Below are positions 52,530 to 61,590 of a DNA stretch of 64,000 nt, in pieces. The DNA is from a virus: positions 58,321 through 122,320 of the IMG/VR virus record IMGVR_UViG_3300042940_001100; one strand, written 5' to 3'. The notes beneath the pieces are model-generated. The model had not been told where the DNA came from. It searched no databases and was given only the letters and a program-made list of their open reading frames with translations. Made by a program: the position numbers and the translations under genes. The stretch's first letter is position 1. Each line of letters opens with the position of its first letter.

Positions 52530-53138
52530 AGTTTCTCTTCTTTTTTCTCAGGTTCCAGAATACTCTTCTTACCGATCAGCAAAGCATTTGGTAGTGTCTT
52601 ATTAAACACTGTTATACCACTACGTGCTTGTTGTAGTATATTTTCCTGCTTTACCAGTGACTTTAAGAGCTCTTCTTCTAAGGGATTCTCCGGGGTTAGG
52701 ATTAGTGTCAGGCTCCCATTTACTAGAAATTCTACTTGCATCTTCTTCTTGGTTTAATTCATTAAAATTCTTTGGTAATATCTTTGTTTCTATTAACTTA
52801 CTAATGATCTGTTCTTTGCTGATTTTTAGCAATTTAAAGCTCATATTGTTAACATATTCAGGGTCACCCTCTGTGCCATAATACTTTACTAAACATTTGG
52901 TTATTTCCATATCAGGAAAAATGTCTGTAAAGAGTTTATTAGCTAGAGTATTGACAATTTCTTGTTTCCATAAATTCATTATCTTTTGACTTTTCTTATG
53001 GATTTTTGTTATTCTTTTCTTTTTTTCTAGAGGCATGAGCATTACTTCATCCAATAAATAAATACTCAAGCCATATAAAGCTCTATTGTATAAAAAATTT
53101 TGGTGTTTGCTATAATAATCTTCTTTAGTTTTTTGCAT
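52526..53138 (-). CDS. Two overlapping hypothetical proteins (52526-52741 and 52620-53138)
   Basis: Both in the ORF track; 122-nt out-of-frame overlap. Confidence 0.6.
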
Positions 53139-53165
53139 GCACTGTTTAGGATTTAAGGGTTAATT

Positions 53166-53204
53166 TAAAAAAGAAAAAAGAAGGAAGATTTCACTTCCTT
53201 CTTT
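53166..53204 (-). terminator. Intrinsic terminator
   Basis: AAAGAAGGAAG-ATTTCA-CTTCCTTCTTT with a long U-rich tail on the minus strand. Confidence 0.7.
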
Positions 53205-53222
53205 TAGTTTAGTTTACATACA

Positions 53223-53684
53223 CTATAGATCAGCTACATTGCCATCAACTTCAGCATATACACTTGTTGCATAAGCTGCGCGGATATCTTCTACGTTGTT
53301 GTGTGCTACAGATATATCTTCTGCAGATGTGTTTAAAGTATAGAAAGTTTTACGGTAAATAGGTTGTGCATCTTGACAACATACTATTCCTGTTTTACCT
53401 GCTATCTTGTAATCACGCTCTGGTTGTGCTACATTAAAGGGCTCAAGGCTTTCTTTAAATACAATTCTACCAGGAAGATCTACACCTTTTGTCCATCCAA
53501 AAGACTTTAAGTCTTCTACTGTACCGTGCACTAATGCACTGATTACTCTTTTGCGGGCAAATCCATTGTCATCAATTACTATTCTTGATTGCTCAACACG
53601 GATGTGAGCCCACTCAGGATTGTTTTTAGACACAATTACTACATTGCCTGCTTCGTCTGCTGTTACTTTTACTTTGCTGTTCAT
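53223..53684 (-). CDS. Conserved phage hypothetical protein (beta-rich)
   Basis: 153-aa ORF flanked by terminators on both sides. Confidence 0.7.
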   Translation of the reverse strand: MNSKVKVTADEAGNVVIVSKNNPEWAHIRVEQSRIVIDDNGFARKRVISALVHGTVEDLKSFGWTKGVDLPGRIVFKESLEPFNVAQPERDYKIAGKTGIVCCQDAQPIYRKTFYTLNTSAEDISVAHNNVEDIRAAYATSVYAEVDGNVADL

Positions 53685-53744
53685 GATTTTTGTTTTTTTA
53701 GGTTTTACATTGATTTGATTTTGAGTAGGGGTTGTTTTAAATGC

Positions 53745-53770
53745 AAAAAACCAGGTACTCTCCTGGTTTT
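53745..53770 (-). terminator. Intrinsic terminator
   Basis: AAAACCAGG-TACTCT-CCTGGTTTT with a U-tract. Confidence 0.65.
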
Positions 53771-53832
53771 AACATTACTGATTACTATGGCCATTAGTAA
53801 TCAAGTATCTTTTGATTCTCTTGAATCAGTAT

Positions 53833-56194
53833 TTATTTAAGTATAACTATTAATACTATACAAACTGCTAATATTCCTATTCCTATATAGCAAGCATTTA
53901 AGCTTCTTTCTAGTGAATGAAGTCTAGTATCTGTAATTTCTTTATAAATTTCATATTTGTCTAGATATACAAACTTTTTCTTTTTCTTCTCATCAGGATA
54001 AATTTTCTTTAATTCATCAATGATGTTTTCTTTTTCTTCCATAATTTTTAGTTTATACAAATATACAGATTTTTTAAAAAGCCTTATCTTGTTCTTCTTT
54101 TAATTTTTCTAGAGCATCTAAGATATCTACAAAATCTTCTGCTTTTTCAAGAATGTATTCTTCTCTGATCTCTGATGTTTCTTGTTTAGCTACAGTCTCT
54201 CCGTCTTTTATCACATCATAAGCAAGTTTATATTGACTAGTTTTATAGACATTGCATTCTATAATTTGAGCCAATATGTATTCATTTTTGACACTCGGTA
54301 GGGCAGCTGTTGCTATTTTATTCATTTTCCAGCTAGGTAACATATCTAACCGGGCATATACCCAATCTTTCTCTTTATAGATAAGAGAAGGAAATACACC
54401 CATTAATGCTTTAAATAGCTGAGGTAATCCTTTTTCAGTAAGAGCTAAGTGTCCAACTATTAAGTTGGTTACAGCGCGGTCTTCACCGGATGATCCTTGC
54501 ACCATATGTTTTGAAAGCAGGCTTGCTATGTCATAAACAGTTACTTCTATGATAACTTTCTTTTCTTGATTAACACTCATTTTTATCAGTTTATGTTTCT
54601 TCTGTCTTGTGATTCTGGAGCTTCTTTAAGCTTCTCCAATACTATTTCTAGTCCTGCTATGATAGCATCTACAGGGACTTGGCCCCCATTAAATTCAATT
54701 TGTACATTGTTTGTTGTGTCATCTGTGATTTTCACTTTGATGACTGCTTCTGCTACTGTTGCCATTATCCTAGTTTTGATTTAATAATTTCTTCTACTAC
54801 TACCAAATTTTCTCTGTCCAATGACAATGTCATTCTTGTTGCATTAAGAAGCTCATGCTTCTCTAATTCCCCTGCTGAAAACAGGATCTGTAATTGTTGT
54901 AGAGCTAACTGAGTTCTCTCATACACATCTAGTTGTTTTGTTCTGGGTACATTTCCCCAAGGGGCGGGTTGTGCCATCTGTTGTTCTCTTTGTTGTTGTA
55001 AATGTAATGCAAAAGCATCAAGATCTGCTGCTGGTTGTTGACCAAACTTTTTAAACAGGCTCATGACTTGCTTTCTTTACACCAAACTCTACTCCAGATT
55101 GGCTGTTATAAATAAATCTATATCCCTCATCTTCAGGTCTAGCCCATGGTGGTACAATTTGTTTTACTAAATTACCAAAAGCCTCAGGCTCTATTATTAT
55201 TAAGAGCCTTAAGTTTTCTGGTATGTAAGGCATGTTATTTGCTATATCCCAACCAAACATCTCTAGTTGTTCTTGTGTTTCAATTACCACCATCTTCTAT
55301 TTTTATTTTAATTATTTCTTCAGCTATTGTGATATTCTCAATATCTACAGAATTGCTTATAGTAAGTATTGAATTGTATTCTTGATCTGTTATTTTATTA
55401 CAAATAATTAATACAAATAAGTCATAATGAATATAGGCTAGTCTATCACCTACTGCACGATATTCATCCATATTCCAATCCAAAACATTAATATTTGTAC
55501 ATTTTGGATGTGTGCTGAATATATGACCAATTATTGTATCAAATTTTGTAAAATCTTTTAAAGATTTATATAATGCTAGTATGATAGAAGGTCTATAATG
55601 TTTTAAAGCTTCAGGTAATTTACTTCCTGTATACCTTTCCAGAGCTTCATACTCATCTTTAGTATCTATAAAATGTCTATAACTAATCCATGCATCAGGT
55701 ATATAATCTATGTTATATAAAGTTTTTGTTATTAATGTAGATAACTCACTACCAGATACTCCTCCAAGTTGTATTCTTGGAGATATTTTGTTTGTTAATT
55801 CTCTTCTAAAACAATAGATATGCTTAGTCCAAGCTAAGACTGGCTCATTCTTTTTAATTGGATAAAATCTCTGCTTTTTATTAGCATAAGCATAACCTGT
55901 CCTAAATAAACCTATTGAGATCTTATCTTTTTCAGCATTATACAAGAAAGTAGTATAATCAGCTACAAGTTTGCCTTGATTGTTTAATGCATTAGCTTCT
56001 GCATATACATCATCACCTTTATAACCTTTTCCTCTAAAAAGAGCTTTAGCTTCTTCTAAACTTTTGTTGTCTTTATCACCAAAGCAATGAACTTCAAGAC
56101 CATCTTTATTAGTAATTTTATATGATGAATACAATAAAGGATTCATAGCAATAAGCTCTACTAATTTATCAAATTTTTCTTTTTTTATACTCAT
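53833..56194 (-). CDS. Six hypothetical ORFs (53833-54042 with a C-terminal TM helix, 54074-54580, 54586-54765, 54765-55064, 55051-55293, 55280-56194)
   Basis: ORF track plus a manually found 59-aa ORF at 54586-54765 (MATVAEAVIKVK...); TATATTTG at 54058-54065 precedes the 54042 start. Confidence 0.65.
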
Positions 56195-56218
56195 AATAGG
56201 ATTTATTAATAATTAATA

Positions 56219-56322
56219 GTGATAGAAGTGGGCTCGAACCACTGATCTTGGACAAAGTGATAACTCAAAAATACTGTAAACTTTAACCTTTGAACTGTTT
56301 TTACCTGTTAAACTATCTATCA
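56219..56322 (-). ncRNA. tRNA-like RNA with an enlarged, non-canonical anticodon region
   Basis: Acceptor UGAUAGA/UCUAUCA, U8A9, D arm GUUU-AACAGGUAA-AAAC, T arm AGUGG-UUCGAGC-CCACU; 53 nt between the D and T arms. Confidence 0.75.
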
Positions 56323-56325
56323 TAT

Positions 56326-56363
56326 AAAAGGGATTACAGGATGTAATACCTATAATCCCTTAT
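56326..56363 (-). terminator. Terminator-like hairpin immediately upstream of the tRNA-like RNA
   Basis: Minus strand AAGGGAUUAUAGG-UAUUACAU-CCUGUAAUCCCUU-UU. Confidence 0.65.
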
Positions 56364-56377
56364 GCTTAATAAAGTAA

Positions 56378-56782
56378 TTAAATGTTTGTTTGTACTGGAT
56401 CTTTAGCTGCATTACAGATTCTTGTTAACTTGTACTTAGCTTTTTCTCTTTTAATCCATCCATCATAAGGTTGAGTCCAGTCTAGATCTGCTTGAAAATA
56501 CCCATTGGCACTAGCATCTATCATTAAGAACTTCACATTACCTTTTTTGTTTTGGAATCTTACTACATACTTGTCACCTACATTGCATTCTACAAAGTAG
56601 TACTTGCGACCTTTTACATGTTCTATAGCAACTAAAGCACCATCTTTCTTCATTTTAAATATGGTATACTTAATATTCTTATCTGCTATAAATGATCCTT
56701 GTACTATAAAGTGATAAGGATCTTTTGCTGTTAATGTAGTCACGCTTAGCATGATCAACATAATTGTTACAATTTTCTTCAT
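56378..56782 (-). CDS. Secreted/periplasmic hypothetical protein
   Basis: MKKIVTIMLIMLSVTTLTA signal-peptide-like N-terminus. Confidence 0.7.
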   Translation of the reverse strand: MKKIVTIMLIMLSVTTLTAKDPYHFIVQGSFIADKNIKYTIFKMKKDGALVAIEHVKGRKYYFVECNVGDKYVVRFQNKKGNVKFLMIDASANGYFQADLDWTQPYDGWIKREKAKYKLTRICNAAKDPVQTNI

Positions 56783-56816
56783 TGTTGTTTCTGTTTTTGA
56801 GTTGATTAATAATTAA

Positions 56817-56927
56817 TTACTTAGCTAATTCAAATACTGTGATTGCTATCACAATACCTAGGAAGCCTACTCCTGCTATGGTATATCTTATGATATCCAT
56901 AGTGTCTGGTTGATTTGTTGTTTTCAT
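56817..56927 (-). CDS. Small membrane protein (36 aa)
   Basis: Manual translation MKTTNQPDTMDIIRYTIAGVGFLGIVIAITVFELAK; preceded by CAACTCAA. Confidence 0.55.
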   Translation of the reverse strand: MKTTNQPDTMDIIRYTIAGVGFLGIVIAITVFELAK

Positions 56928-56961
56928 TTGAGTTGTTTTTTGGGTTAATAATATAAAAGTC

Positions 56962-57301
56962 ACTCAGTAAGAAAGTTGAATAGACCAAGATAAAAGTAAA
57001 ACTAAAGGCAAAGACCTCCCTCTGCGTTCAAAGGCTAAGATAAAATCTAAGTCTTAATTGTATCCTCACAGAGTTATGACCTGGGCCCGTGGGCCATTCA
57101 GGTAACTCTGTTTGTATGAGGTGCTGCCAGTTTTCCCCATAGGGTAACCTGTCAAGCTTTGGTACTTTTTATACTAAAAGCCCTACAAAAAAGGTGATTT
57201 TAAGTTGCAGAAGAAGCGGTTTGTGCACCCTAAGGTGCGTTTAGTTTATATCTATTAAAAGTAGATTTTTATCATAAGTTTTAGTAACCTTCTTACCAAG
57301 T
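56962..57301 (-). ncRNA. Large structured ncRNA (340 nt) with tandem hexamer tracts
   Basis: 16-bp closing helix (57286-57301 with 56962-56977), 10-bp inner long-range helix (57207-57216 with 57016-57025), several hairpins, G-U pairs only on the minus strand, no ORF. Confidence 0.8.
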
Positions 57302-57442
57302 ATAAAGCATAAAGAATCAGGCTTATGCCCTATCTTTTCTGCACCCTTTGAATTTCTGATAGCTGTATGAGGAGTGGCATGATCGTACTCACATGAAGAA
57401 AGCTTGCCTCTGCTCTCACACTATATTTAATTTTATTGTAGT

Positions 57443-57469
57443 GTAGCCCGGATACCATAACCGGGCTAC
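57443..57469 (-). other. GC-rich hairpin just after the 306-aa gene (no U-tract)
   Basis: GTAGCCCGG-N9-CCGGGCTAC, followed on the minus strand by ACUACAAUAAAA, so unlikely to terminate. Confidence 0.6.
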
Positions 57470-57475
57470 GTAGTA

Positions 57476-58396
57476 CTAAGACTCAGGATCTAACTTCTTT
57501 AAGAAGTTGTCAATGGTATCCTGAAATCTAGGGTCAATAGAGATTCTCAAAGCAGCCGTGCTTTGTATCTCTGCTTGACGTGCAGCCTCAAACTCCTCAC
57601 GCTCCACCTTCACAAGCTCTAAATATGTAAGATACACATTCGTGTAATCAAGTCTCAATTTCTCATTGAGCTTGTTTACTTCAGCTTGTCCAAGAGCATT
57701 CTCCTTAGAGATGCGGGCATTCTCTTCAGTTACTAAGTTTTTAACCTTAGCTTTGAAGTAATTTACCCTTTGCTCATGAGTACGGTGTAAGCTGGCCAGC
57801 TTCTCATGATGAGCTAATAGCTCTTCAGGAGTATGGTGAACTTCTACCTTTACAGGTGTGCGTTCTCCATCTCTCACAGTTATCCAGTCTAATGACTTAA
57901 CCTTAGGCAACTCATTGCGTAAAGTGTCAAGAACTGAATCCTTATGAATAAACTGACCTATGTGAGAAGCGTAAGCTTCCTGCTCAAGGAACTCTGCGTA
58001 CTCAGCTTGGCTAAGCTGATCCCATCCCCACTGCTCCTGTACTAGGAGTGTAGGTTTGAATGCATTCATAGTTGGATTCTCTGGAGCATCCGTTGAAGGC
58101 ACAAACTGCCTACTTTTGATCTCTCCTAATAACCCGTCCTTGGCTTTGATGTTAGTCATCAAGAAAGCCTGAGCTGCGTGCAGTTTTGCCTTCTCTTGAA
58201 GAAGAGCTGCTAACTCTTTTGGTACCGGTTTACCTGCTACATGAACATAAGTTTCACCACTTATCTTCAATGTACGGTGAGCATTGTTAATACCTGACAA
58301 TGCTTGTGATATCATATTTGCTCTTTGAAAGCATAGGTTTGATATACTGCTAGCTTGTGATAAGCTTAAACCTGTTGTTGCGAGATTATGTCTCAT
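57476..58396 (-). CDS. Alpha-helical/coiled-coil protein (306 aa) linked to the downstream ncRNA
   Basis: Long ORF with higher GC than its neighbours; GLSLSQASSISNLC and EAYASHIGQFIH motifs; heptad-rich C-half; no catalytic motif recognised. Confidence 0.8.
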   Translation of the reverse strand: MRHNLATTGLSLSQASSISNLCFQRANMISQALSGINNAHRTLKISGETYVHVAGKPVPKELAALLQEKAKLHAAQAFLMTNIKAKDGLLGEIKSRQFVPSTDAPENPTMNAFKPTLLVQEQWGWDQLSQAEYAEFLEQEAYASHIGQFIHKDSVLDTLRNELPKVKSLDWITVRDGERTPVKVEVHHTPEELLAHHEKLASLHRTHEQRVNYFKAKVKNLVTEENARISKENALGQAEVNKLNEKLRLDYTNVYLTYLELVKVEREEFEAARQAEIQSTAALRISIDPRFQDTIDNFLKKLDPES

Positions 58397-58541
58397 AAAT
58401 GTGGGTATGGTTGCTTGCTACCAAAAAGTTTTAAGTTTGAATTGATTGTTGAGTTGATTATACCCTTTAGGTAGAGAAGCTCTAAGCCTCTCCACCACGG
58501 TTGAATGTACCGGTGAGTTCTTACGAATGAAGTATACTCAC

Positions 58542-58616
58542 AAAACCTTATGCATTGCATATAAGCCTAAGCTTATTTCATCCCCTATAGGAATCATCAG
58601 TGCAATTTAAAACTTT
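58542..58616 (-). ncRNA. Type I hammerhead ribozyme
   Basis: Minus strand AUUGCA-CUGAUGA-U-UCCU-AUAG-GGGA-U-GAA-AUAAGC-UUAG-GCUUAU-A-UGCAAU: complete core, stems I-III, cleavage triplet AUA; atypical U-U at 10.1-11.1. Confidence 0.8.
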
Positions 58617-58931
58617 AGTAGTTTAAATGTTTAAAGTTTAACTATTCTACAGTCCCCGTTTGTATATCTGTAGATTTATTGGGTAATAGTTAATGTTATA
58701 ATGCGCTTGCCTACAGGAGGTACCTGTAGACTAGATTGTTGAGGCACGCGTTCTTTCCACCAGGGCCTAGGAGTCTTACCTCCTCTTGAAGTCAATCTTA
58801 AAATGGCCGGCTGATTCTACCGTGATTCCACCTGGATTCTTTTATTATACTCAGTTCAAGGAATAAACCTTTAATCCACTGAGTATTGCTTTATAGTGTA
58901 GCAATAAACACTTGACACCGCTGTCAAAGTC

Positions 58932-59016
58932 ATAATAGTCCATAGTGTTTAGCCCTCAAGCCCCTGGGTTTCCCCTACGACTTCTTCTCAGCATGCACTA
59001 TGGTCTATTATTAAAT
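58932..59016 (-). ncRNA. Scaffold RNA repeat, copy A
   Basis: AUAAUAGACCAUAGUG-CAUGC [36 nt, GGG-GAAA-CCC] GGC-UAAA-CACUAUGGACUAUUAU. Confidence 0.7.
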
Positions 59017-59171
59017 AAGTATGCAAAAAGGATAAAAAGGCGAGACTTCTTATATTACTGCCCAACTGAGGGGACTTACAACTATTTGCAAGATTTTAAA
59101 TAAGTATTGGTAGGTAAACTGTTTATGGTCACTTATTGTTTATCTTCAGTAGGTAATGTTTTAAATGTGTT

Positions 59172-59270
59172 ATAATAGTCCATAGTGTTTAGCCTCACCT
59201 ACGATTCTGGTTAGTAGTTTCCCACAGCAGGTAGGGAGTCATTGGCATGCACTATGGTCTATTATTAAAT
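59172..59270 (-). ncRNA. Scaffold RNA repeat, copy B
   Basis: Arms identical to copy A (23 and 26 nt) around a different 50-nt interior (CCUAC/GUAGG, GUGG-GAAA-CUAC). Confidence 0.7.
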
Positions 59271-59392
59271 GAGTTCGTCCCTCTATAGGTCATATAGAAT
59301 AGGACTTGTATATTCCATAGGTGACTAACCCTACTTCTATATACCATTCGCTTCTTAAATGAGGCCCAGTCTAAGCACATCTGGGAAAGCTT

Positions 59393-60316
59393 TTAATCTT
59401 TTATTCTTTCGAGTTTATAGCCACTTTTGTATCTATTCTTTTTATCTAGTCTAAGATATATAATTTCTTCTCCGCTTCTAAGATATCTTGTAATAGTATC
59501 TGCAGAGAACATCTTACGTAATTCTTTATCCTTGGAGTTTTTGAAGAGTAATACCTCACCTGTTTTACAATTAGTAGCTTTGATCTGACCAAGATTGGTT
59601 CCGCTCTTTAGAGATCGGAACTCTTTCTCAGGAATAATACATTCAGCCTCTGTACATCCCTTCTCTATTCTCTTTACAACAGCATGGTGTTGTACATCAT
59701 AATTCTTAGAGACATATCTAGCAAACTCTTCTACATTAGTAAATCCTTTCCCATCTAGGGTATACTTTATCCTTTCTTTCTCTTGTCTATTGGCTATGAT
59801 TTCATTTCTTAATCTCTGCAAGGTTTTAGGTCCAAATCTTGTTATACCTTGAAGCTTGCCGTATTCCCTTACATAAAAGTCTCCAATGGTGTCACGTTGA
59901 TTCTTTGCATAAGAATCGTGTAATGTACTATTACAATCTTTACAGGTATTAGAAATACCTAGATACTCAGATTTATGCTTAGGAAAATGTGAATGTAAAG
60001 GTTTTGTCTCTTTACATACAGTGCATCTTCTAAAACCTTTCTTAGCTATCTTAAAGGCAAATCTCTGCTTACCTATTTCAATAACTCCTCTATTTTTAAG
60101 TCTACAATCTCTACATTTACAATCTCTTCTCTTGTATTTTTTGTCTTTAAGATAAAACTCTATAATATCTTGCTCTTTAAAACATTGGTTACATATCTTA
60201 GTCTCTTTAGTATATTTCTTCTTTTTAGACTTAATCCTTAGTTTCTTCTGATCAAGAGACATCATAGAAGGCTTTAGATCTTTATTCTTGGGCCATTGTT
60301 CTTGTGTATATATCAT
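59393..60316 (-). CDS. Multi-zinc-ribbon DNA-binding protein related to homing endonucleases
   Basis: Two CxxC...F...CxxC units (CNQC/CRDC, CTVC/CKDC) and a NUMOD1-like C-terminus; no clear HNH active site seen. Confidence 0.6.
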   Translation of the reverse strand: MIYTQEQWPKNKDLKPSMMSLDQKKLRIKSKKKKYTKETKICNQCFKEQDIIEFYLKDKKYKRRDCKCRDCRLKNRGVIEIGKQRFAFKIAKKGFRRCTVCKETKPLHSHFPKHKSEYLGISNTCKDCNSTLHDSYAKNQRDTIGDFYVREYGKLQGITRFGPKTLQRLRNEIIANRQEKERIKYTLDGKGFTNVEEFARYVSKNYDVQHHAVVKRIEKGCTEAECIIPEKEFRSLKSGTNLGQIKATNCKTGEVLLFKNSKDKELRKMFSADTITRYLRSGEEIIYLRLDKKNRYKSGYKLERIKD

Positions 60317-60466
60317 AAGTTTTTAGTATTAAGTTAATAAATGAGTCTACCTCTGAGCACATGGTAGCCAAGCTCTATTTATCTCAAACACTTTCTTATG
60401 TGTCCTTATGTGTCACATACTGACTTGACCAGCTATAGAAAGTGCATTGAGAATACCTGTAATTTG

Positions 60467-60948
60467 TTAAACACATTCTATAAAATCAGGCCATTCTTCT
60501 TCTAACTCATATATAGTAACAGCTTCTAGAGGAAAATCTTCTAATCCTAAGCCTTTATCTATATGGTCAAAAAATGCCGGTTTCATTTGTTTCTTGCAGT
60601 CATCAAGATCTATTCCTGTGAATAGCACTTCTTTAGTGCTCTTGATTCTGATTACATGAGTTGTACTCATAGTGAAGAAGCAACAGATTGTTTATATAAA
60701 TGTGTATTTAACTCTACTTGAAAATTATGTTGAATAGCTTCAAGTACATTTGTAGGTGTTTCATATAGAGTATAAAAGTTTTTAGGACTGATTTCTGGAT
60801 GCTTTAATAACTTACCAAGTCTAGCAATATCACTAATGATACATACTTTCTCTTTGTTTTCATCCGTCATGTCCGGAGCACAAGCTAAAATCTCTTCTAA
60901 CCTGCTTGGTCCTACTGATGTAGGTACATAGTTCATAATTTTTGTCAT
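60467..60948 (-). CDS. Two hypothetical proteins (60467-60670 and 60667-60948)
   Basis: ORF track; the second start is reassigned to the ATG at 60948, which follows CAACTCAG. Confidence 0.6.
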
Positions 60949-61350
60949 CTGAGTTGTTGTTTGAGTTGGATTCACACTTTATAAAGGTAGTAAATATCAC
61001 CTAATTAAAGGATAGATAGAGGAGATTTCTCTCCACTATCATCCGTGCCTACAAGATCTTATAATAGACATAAGCCAGCAACTTACTGGATATTCATCAG
61101 GTTAAGGAAATGATGACAATACCACTCGAGTGTTTTACTATCAGGCGACTACCGTTAGATAGCTGTAGGTCTCTTCAAAGACCTAACACATTCTTTACCA
61201 AATGCATAGAGCTATGATATATGTACTATCAAGGACTAAGCATTGTAATGTAACTATTGTTTTTTGAAAGACTGTTTCATCTTTCCAGGCTATTATATGC
61301 CCTATTACACATAATGTTATCATTGTGTTGAGGTTTTAGGTTGTTAATAA

Positions 61351-61566
61351 TTAGTTAGATTCATAATAGTCATTTGCTACTATACCTGCTACCCACCAAC
61401 CTATAAATAAGTTGTACAATGTGAACCAGAATGTACTACCTATACACTCACCATATGAGTAATGGTTGCCATCACCTTTAATAAACATACAGCCCATAGC
61501 TGATAGTATAAGATATAGCACAAGGTAAGTTGCTATAAATACTGCAATTGATTTTGTTGTTTTCAT
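61351..61566 (-). CDS. Small two-TM membrane protein
   Basis: Two hydrophobic segments; CAACTCAG-ATG start. Confidence 0.65.
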   Translation of the reverse strand: MKTTKSIAVFIATYLVLYLILSAMGCMFIKGDGNHYSYGECIGSTFWFTLYNLFIGWWVAGIVANDYYESN

Positions 61567-61590
61567 CTGAGTTGGATTTTAGATTGTTAA

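Noticed and set aside
56219-56322. Assigning an amino-acid identity to the tRNA-like RNA
   Set aside because: No canonical 5-bp stem with a 7-nt loop, so no anticodon can be read.
56980-57053. Hexamer tracts as a coding dipeptide repeat (VFAFSFTF or DKSKTKGK)
   Set aside because: The tracts are offset by 14 nt, so they are in different frames, and no credible ORF spans them.
58932-59270. CRISPR mini-array formed by the repeated arms
   Set aside because: The two arms differ and pair with each other around structured interiors of unequal length; copies are dispersed and no cas genes are present.
61094-61100. Second hammerhead (CUGAUGA on the minus strand; also CUGAAGA at 59143-59149)
   Set aside because: No stem II followed by GAAA and no stem III or UH site could be built.
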